Part shown: positions 18,449 to 24,065 of the stretch, piece by piece | Layout: each line of letters starts with the position of its first letter | Position numbering within the stretch: position 1 is the first letter of the stretch | NCBI GenBank assembly: GCA_964430885.1 | Contig: CAYSHM010000034.1 | Location: forward strand, 1-24,065 | Source: an uncultured archaeon | GTDB taxonomy: Archaea > Thermoplasmatota > Penumbrarchaeia > JASLWR01 | Direction: 5' to 3' | DNA length: 24,065 bases | Notes under the pieces: generated by a model | Database searches by the model: none | What the model saw: the letters and a program-made list of their open reading frames with translations, nothing else | Told to the model about the DNA's origin: nothing | Program-made: the position numbers and the translations under genes

Positions 18449-21400
18449 CTATGATTCAGGGGGAGGCAGGGCAGGCGTCCCGTCGTCGGATGGAGAGCTC
18501 ATTTTTTCAAGGGAACCGAATATATCATCCATAGATGGTTTGCCGTCACTCTTATTGTCAACAGGTTCATCCGCAGGGGCCTGGGATGCCGGCGGAGGAG
18601 GGGGTGAACTGCTAGTTGAAGGGGTCCTCGAAACGGAATCAGGAGGCGGAGAAGCGTCCTTCTCAGAATCGGCCGGAAGTTCATCCGGAGCCGGGGGGAG
18701 CGCCATCCTATTCAGGTCCTGTTCGCCGCTGGATGTGGTGAAGGTGGGAAGGTCGTAATCGGGAACCTGCGGGGAATCTGGGGGCGGCGGGGGTGACTGC
18801 TGCGGTTCAGGCGGGGCTGCGGGGAGGGCAGGGCGCTGGACTGGGGCCGGGCCCAGTGCCTGAGGCGGCGAAACATACCCTGGAAGAGCAGGTGGACGCT
18901 GTACATTCATATTGTAGCGGGGCTGGGCAACCTGCTGGGAGGCTGGACCTGGTGCATAGGGAGAAGGTGCCGCCAGCCCAGGGAATCTAGGACCAGGAGC
19001 ATAGGGCTGCTGAGCCGGCATGGCTTGACGCCGGGCTCTTTCCTTCTGAAGCCTCTTTCTCTCCTCCTCTTCCTCATTCTTACGCTTCCTTCTTCTGGCC
19101 ACTAGGAACAGAACCAGCAGTAGCAGAAGGAGTATTACTATAACGAGGACGATCCACCACCACCATGGACAACCGCCGTCACCCGCACCAATAACACTGC
19201 CCCCACCTCCGCCGTTGTCATCATCATCGCCTCCATTTCCGGAAGAAACCTTTCTTATATCTATCAGCACATCCTTGTCGGCACTGTTGCCGTCCGCGTC
19301 GGTGACATATAAAGTAACAGTATGGTTCCCGGGTTCCATGAATATTATAAGGGTGGAATTGTTCCCAAGGTTCCCGCTCTGATTGGATTCCCAGACGAAG
19401 GTTAGATTATCACCATCCTTGTCGAAGGAGCCCGAACCGTCAAGCTCCACAACCTGGGTAGAATTGAAAACCGTCCTGTGCTCCTCAGGTCTGGATATTT
19501 TGGCAACGGGTTCTGACGTAACATTTATCCTGTAGCTGCCGGAGACCACCTCACCCCAGCCCACCAGATCGTTTGCCCGGAACCTGATATAGTTATCTCT
19601 GCCCCATTGGAACTCAGGGGTACAGTAAACAACAACTGGACGGCCGGTTATTATGTTCATTGGTCCAGGCATAAGCCATTCACCGTATTCCTCTTCTATG
19701 TCACCCTGGGTGGAGATCGAATAGGCCAGACTGCCTATATCAACACCGCTGTGCTCGTCAAATATCCGGATAGAGCATTCTACCTCAGGAAGATCATCCG
19801 TATCCTCGATCACAAAATCACCGAAATAGACTGGTGTGATATCAACCTGGATTTTGAACTTCTTTGAATATACCTCAGGGTTTCCCGCGACATCAGTACC
19901 CCTGAACTGTATGTAGTTCCCTTCACCCCCGGCAAACCTGAATGTAACGCTTAACTGTCTTTTTCCTTCTTCAGGTTCAGTTATATTGTCTGGAGATACC
20001 TTCAGCCAGGGGCCGAAATCATTGTCCCCCGCAGTTGAGAATCGAGCTTCAAGGCGCTCAAGGTTCACTCCGCTCGCCCCTGAATCCCATACCTCTATCT
20101 TGGCGGTTATCTCCCTGTAAAGGTACCAGTTCCTCTGCGGTATGAGGGTATCTCCGAACTCTATCGGCGAAGTATCAATCAGTATACGCTGAGGTGCTGA
20201 TTCGGAGAATTGATTGTCCGCAAGGTCCTTGGCCTTCCATTTAATATAGTTGTCCGACCCTTCGTCGAACTTGGTTTTGGTGGATGCTATAATGGATAGA
20301 TCGTTCTGGGGGATCCACAGCGGAACCCAAGCACCGAATCTGTTGGGACCTTCGGTAGAGATAGAATAGAACACCGCACCCCCATCCACACCAGTACCGT
20401 TCGGATCGCTTATCTTGACCAAACATTCCACGCTTGTCTGGTTCTGCCATATTTCAGGAGAAGGTGTGAAATCACTGAACACCGGTGAGGACATATCTAC
20501 CTGCACCTGAGCTGAAGATGAAAAACCAATATTGCCCACATTGTCCTCACACCAGACATAGATATTATTGACACCCTCATCTAGATCCATTATCTCCCCT
20601 TCACCGATCTCGGTGAATGTCCCGTTATCCGTACCTCCGTTGTCATGGGATGAATAATAATAACCCAAAAGTCCCGAAGCGTTGTCATCTGAATCCTTCC
20701 AGGTGACGTTTATGCTGGGCACCTTGGTGAAGGGCGATTCCTTCCCGTAGGCATGGGTCATTATCTCAAATGGCGGATCGGGTGGATCTGCATCCACCAT
20801 GAAACCAATGCTGATATTGGTAGCGCAGGCACCCATACCCGGTATGTTGACTATCTTCAGATGAAATCGTTCATTCTCATCGGTGATGTTCTTGGCCTCT
20901 ATGGAGATACCTACCTCTTCCTGGCTGGAATGGTTGTCCCACCATATTGTACCCATGCTGTCCGTGACCCTAACGTCAAAATGCTCATCGTCCGGATACA
21001 CATCCGAGGTGTTCTGGTAGGTGACCCAAACTCCCTCAAGGACCAGCCCCTCCCCTCCTCTTATCCAATCTCCTTCCGTCAGCTGGCCCTGATATTCACC
21101 TTGAACCTTAATATTGCCCCAGAACTGAAGATCGTTCTCTATCTTGAACACCCATGGGAACCTCTCCAGATCAGTATCCCCGAAACTGGCGGTGGTGTTG
21201 ATAAGACAGTCTATCAGCTGCTCATGGGGGAATGTGTAATTGAAGCGCACAGAAAAGTTCACCCACCACCTCTCCACGCCATCCTGGCTGGACTCGCTGG
21301 TTCCCATGAGCTGAACATGGCCCTCAGGATCGTTGAGTTTGTAGAATATCTCATTTGTACCGTTGAAACCCAGGGTGATATTTGTGGTGTTATAGTCCAG

Positions 21401-22405
21401 AAAGATCCTCACATCCGATAGATCATGAATGGATTCGAAGGTAGTAACGTTGACAGTGATCTTATACTCCCTGTATCCGGCATAGCACACGAACGGTGAT
21501 TGGGATGAACCGTCGATCTGTATGGAATCGGCCCGGGGGACCCTGCTGAAGGGAAAATTATCCTTGACGAACTCTATATAATTGATCATCTGCAGAAGCT
21601 CGTTATTACCCCTGTTGCCCCAGTCGAAGGTCATCATGTTCATCATGACATAACCCTCACCCAGAACATATTCCACGAAGGCAGGCTTGTTGTTGCCGTT
21701 GGACCATAGTATATCGTTCCAGAGATTCGGTGTTGGATCTGTACCCAGGTTCACGCCTCCCGAGTCTGAGAATCCCGGGGGTGCTGTAACATAACCATGA
21801 CAGGAAGTTCCCCAATTCTGGAAATTATTAGCATTGAGCTGGTTTCCGCCGTATCCCTGTCCGGTTATGAACTCGTGATCATTATCACCGACCTGGGGGT
21901 TCTCATCGGTGGTTCCCGACGCCTGGTAGCTCCCGAAGTTGGAACCGCCTGGGCCAGTTATGTCCGGGCCGCAGTTGTGGGCTGAGTTGGCAATGAAGAT
22001 ACCTCCCATGGTCACGAAATTCTCGATTATGCCGCCGTTCATCATGTTCTTGAGACTGTTATCGCAGATATCGCCCTGACATCCGGTGTATATTGCATAA
22101 TAATTATCGAAGAGATATTCGGCGGAATGGCCGCTGGTCTGTCCGGGATTCTCCACATCAAAGGGAAGGTTCTGGGAGTTCAGATGGGTCTGAAGGGTAT
22201 TGGTACGGTCCCCGCCGCCAGTACACACCAGGATCTTTCCGGCATCCCTGGTCTTGACAGCCTCATTATCGGCATCATCCAAGCCACCACGCTTTCGTAT
22301 ATCAGCATTTCTATTCTCGGAAAAATCATTCACGATGAAGATCGAGCTGAAAATTACCAGCATGATAACGGAAATGACCAAAAATCCACGGTGCACATAT
22401 CGCAA
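18449..22405 (-). CDS. Large single-pass surface glycoprotein, paralog 3: alpha/beta N-terminal domain, conserved stalk, TM, Pro-rich tail, no zinc ribbon
   Basis: Stalk collinear with the other paralogs (LDYNTTNITL, FNYTFPHE, VWCEDNVGNIG, WGRDNYIRFRA). TTG 22405 has GGAGTTGA upstream and puts the signal peptide at the N-terminus; alternative GTG 22555 overlaps the upstream stop. Confidence 0.83.
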   Translation of the reverse strand: MRYVHRGFLVISVIMLVIFSSIFIVNDFSENRNADIRKRGGLDDADNEAVKTRDAGKILVCTGGGDRTNTLQTHLNSQNLPFDVENPGQTSGHSAEYLFDNYYAIYTGCQGDICDNSLKNMMNGGIIENFVTMGGIFIANSAHNCGPDITGPGGSNFGSYQASGTTDENPQVGDNDHEFITGQGYGGNQLNANNFQNWGTSCHGYVTAPPGFSDSGGVNLGTDPTPNLWNDILWSNGNNKPAFVEYVLGEGYVMMNMMTFDWGNRGNNELLQMINYIEFVKDNFPFSRVPRADSIQIDGSSQSPFVCYAGYREYKITVNVTTFESIHDLSDVRIFLDYNTTNITLGFNGTNEIFYKLNDPEGHVQLMGTSESSQDGVERWWVNFSVRFNYTFPHEQLIDCLINTTASFGDTDLERFPWVFKIENDLQFWGNIKVQGEYQGQLTEGDWIRGGEGLVLEGVWVTYQNTSDVYPDDEHFDVRVTDSMGTIWWDNHSSQEEVGISIEAKNITDENERFHLKIVNIPGMGACATNISIGFMVDADPPDPPFEIMTHAYGKESPFTKVPSINVTWKDSDDNASGLLGYYYSSHDNGGTDNGTFTEIGEGEIMDLDEGVNNIYVWCEDNVGNIGFSSSAQVQVDMSSPVFSDFTPSPEIWQNQTSVECLVKISDPNGTGVDGGAVFYSISTEGPNRFGAWVPLWIPQNDLSIIASTKTKFDEGSDNYIKWKAKDLADNQFSESAPQRILIDTSPIEFGDTLIPQRNWYLYREITAKIEVWDSGASGVNLERLEARFSTAGDNDFGPWLKVSPDNITEPEEGKRQLSVTFRFAGGEGNYIQFRGTDVAGNPEVYSKKFKIQVDITPVYFGDFVIEDTDDLPEVECSIRIFDEHSGVDIGSLAYSISTQGDIEEEYGEWLMPGPMNIITGRPVVVYCTPEFQWGRDNYIRFRANDLVGWGEVVSGSYRINVTSEPVAKISRPEEHRTVFNSTQVVELDGSGSFDKDGDNLTFVWESNQSGNLGNNSTLIIFMEPGNHTVTLYVTDADGNSADKDVLIDIRKVSSGNGGDDDDNGGGGGSVIGAGDGGCPWWWWIVLVIVILLLLLLVLFLVARRRKRKNEEEEERKRLQKERARRQAMPAQQPYAPGPRFPGLAAPSPYAPGPASQQVAQPRYNMNVQRPPALPGYVSPPQALGPAPVQRPALPAAPPEPQQSPPPPPDSPQVPDYDLPTFTTSSGEQDLNRMALPPAPDELPADSEKDASPPPDSVSRTPSTSSSPPPPPASQAPADEPVDNKSDGKPSMDDIFGSLEKMSSPSDDGTPALPPPES

Positions 22406-22551
22406 AATATCAACTCCAATAGTAATTGGAATAATTGAATCGAGACCGCCCGTTCCCGGGCAGGGTTTAATTATAATAACCAGGCTGATTAATATATTTA
22501 ACCGTGAAAAATATCCAATGCAAATCAGCCTGAAAAACCGATACTTCAGTC

Positions 22552-24065
22552 TCACAGCGGGGCAGGAGGTATCCCAGGATCACCATCCTCAGGGGGAGCC
22601 GGAGGAAAATCGGTCGAAGGGGTTGCTTCCGGCTCTTCAGGTGCATCCGACACGCTCTCAGGGGCAGGGGGCAGTGCAGGGATATTGAGATCCTGTACCG
22701 CTCCGGTTCCCGAAACCATTACAGGCAGTGAATAGTTAGGAGTTGAGTCAGGAACCGGAAGGAAAGAGGGGGGAGGTGTTGGCGATGAGGGAGATGAAGC
22801 AGCCGGTTGAGCTGGTGAGGTCTGAACAGGTGGGGAAGCGCTCCGCTGAGGTGAATGTGATCCTGGTGAATCATACTGCCCGGGAGCCACCGCCGGAGGT
22901 CTGTTCGGTGATGTCTGCGGCCTAGGGAGCTGGGAGGGAGAGCCAGGAGCAGAAGGGGCCGGTCGGTTGGGCCTCTGCATATTATAGGCCATGGGCCTGA
23001 CACGGGGTCTTTGACCCCCCGGTCCGTAGGGTCTGCTTGCGGGTGGCCTATAGGCGACCTGCTTCTGCCTGGCCAACATAGCCTGTCTCGCGGCCTCCTG
23101 CCGTTTTTTCTCATCCTCTTCCTTCTTTTTCTTCCTTCTTCGGCCTCCGATGAACAAAAACAGCAATAGCAGAATTATCAGCAACAGAACAACAACCAGA
23201 GGCAGCCACATCCACCATTCCAAACCTATAAAGGAACCTTTGGACTCATCATTACCTGTCCCATCGGTGATAGTATCCGTATCATCATCATCACCCTCGA
23301 CGACAGCCTTGGCCTTCACCTTAATCTTAACCTTCTCGCTCTTGTTGTTGTTATCCTGATCTATAACGTACAAGGTAATTGTGTAATGACCGGCAGGGAG
23401 TGTAACGCTTATCTCCTCTCCGCTGCCCAGGTATCGCCCCTTGCTGCGGTTGTAAACCCAGGTATAGTTCAGGAGATCGCCGTCCTTATCGGTAGAACCC
23501 GAGGCATTCAGTATTATTGGCGTCCCCTCGTCGAACTCCATACCGTCCTTATGGGGCTTTCTTATGACCGGATCCGGTTCCGACGTAATATTGACACGGT
23601 ACACTGGTGATATCACTGCACCAGTACCTATAATATCATCAGCCATGAAACGGATATAATTGTCCCTTCCCCAATCAAACTCCACCTCACAGTCCGCCCG
23701 GACCGGATTGCCTGCGAATATCCACATGGGTTCAACCATGACCCATTCCTCGAACTCGTCCTCGCCTGGACCTTCCGTGGATATGGAGCAAAGAATGGAT
23801 GAAGTATCCACTCCAGAATGATCGTCCATTATAAAGATGGAACAGCTTGCTTCAGGCGGCTCATCCACTTCATCTAGAATGAACTGATCAAAAAATATTT
23901 CCTCTACATCCACTTTGATATTGAACATTTCTGATGAGGCATAAGGATTGCCTGCGATATCTTTACCCCGGAACTGAATGTAATTCTTGGTCCCAGGTTG
24001 GTAATCGAAAGTGACCGATATTGTGCACTTATCCTTTTTCAGATTGGTAAGGTTGTCCTCGGAAA
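22552..24065 (-). CDS. Large surface glycoprotein, paralog 4 (5'-truncated by the window edge)
   Basis: The frame stays open upstream of track ATG 23928 (...GTKNYIQFRGKDIAGNPYASSEMF), matching the paralog stalk. PKD-like LNASGSTDKDGDLLNYTW, acidic linker, WWMW+TM+RRRKKKK, Pro-rich tail. Confidence 0.87.
   Translation of the reverse strand, partial: SEDNLTNLKKDKCTISVTFDYQPGTKNYIQFRGKDIAGNPYASSEMFNIKVDVEEIFFDQFILDEVDEPPEASCSIFIMDDHSGVDTSSILCSISTEGPGEDEFEEWVMVEPMWIFAGNPVRADCEVEFDWGRDNYIRFMADDIIGTGAVISPVYRVNITSEPDPVIRKPHKDGMEFDEGTPIILNASGSTDKDGDLLNYTWVYNRSKGRYLGSGEEISVTLPAGHYTITLYVIDQDNNNKSEKVKIKVKAKAVVEGDDDDTDTITDGTGNDESKGSFIGLEWWMWLPLVVVLLLIILLLLFLFIGGRRRKKKKEEDEKKRQEAARQAMLARQKQVAYRPPASRPYGPGGQRPRVRPMAYNMQRPNRPAPSAPGSPSQLPRPQTSPNRPPAVAPGQYDSPGSHSPQRSASPPVQTSPAQPAASSPSSPTPPPSFLPVPDSTPNYSLPVMVSGTGAVQDLNIPALPPAPESVSDAPEEPEATPSTDFPPAPPEDGDPGIPPAPL

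Noticed and set aside
9440-23610. Numerous 60-220 aa ORFs inside the surface-protein and SPFH genes (e.g. 20753-21421, 16588-17097, 13444-13905)
   Set aside because: Antisense or off-frame shadows of long, well-supported CDSs.
9369-24065. Diversity-generating retroelement or invertase-driven shufflon behind the paralog variation
   Set aside because: No reverse transcriptase or recombinase, and no near-identical nucleotide repeats with adenine-specific mismatches. Paralogs differ at many synonymous sites.

Overview
AT-rich spacers with TTTATATA/TTATAA boxes, GGAG/GGTG-type SD sites, at least one probable leaderless start and N-x-S/T-rich surface proteins point to an archaeal genome (Thermoplasmatota-like; this is inference only). 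Left to right: two tandem AbiEi/AbiEii type IV toxin-antitoxin modules (1-3353); a strongly structured non-coding element (~3480-3690); a monomeric NADP-isocitrate dehydrogenase; a small Cys-rich protein; two VOC/glyoxalase genes flanking an APC amino-acid permease with a degenerate PTS EIIA-like domain. The remaining ~14.7 kb is a minus-strand array of four paralogous single-pass surface proteins (three complete, ~1300 aa; the last truncated by the window edge) with an SPFH/prohibitin gene inserted in it. The complete paralogs have different N-terminal tip domains on a conserved repeat stalk. All four have Pro-rich cytoplasmic tails sharing a motif YxLP...GxQDLNxxALPPAP. This array is the best candidate for an undescribed system. 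All family calls come from motif recognition by eye; no database searches were run.
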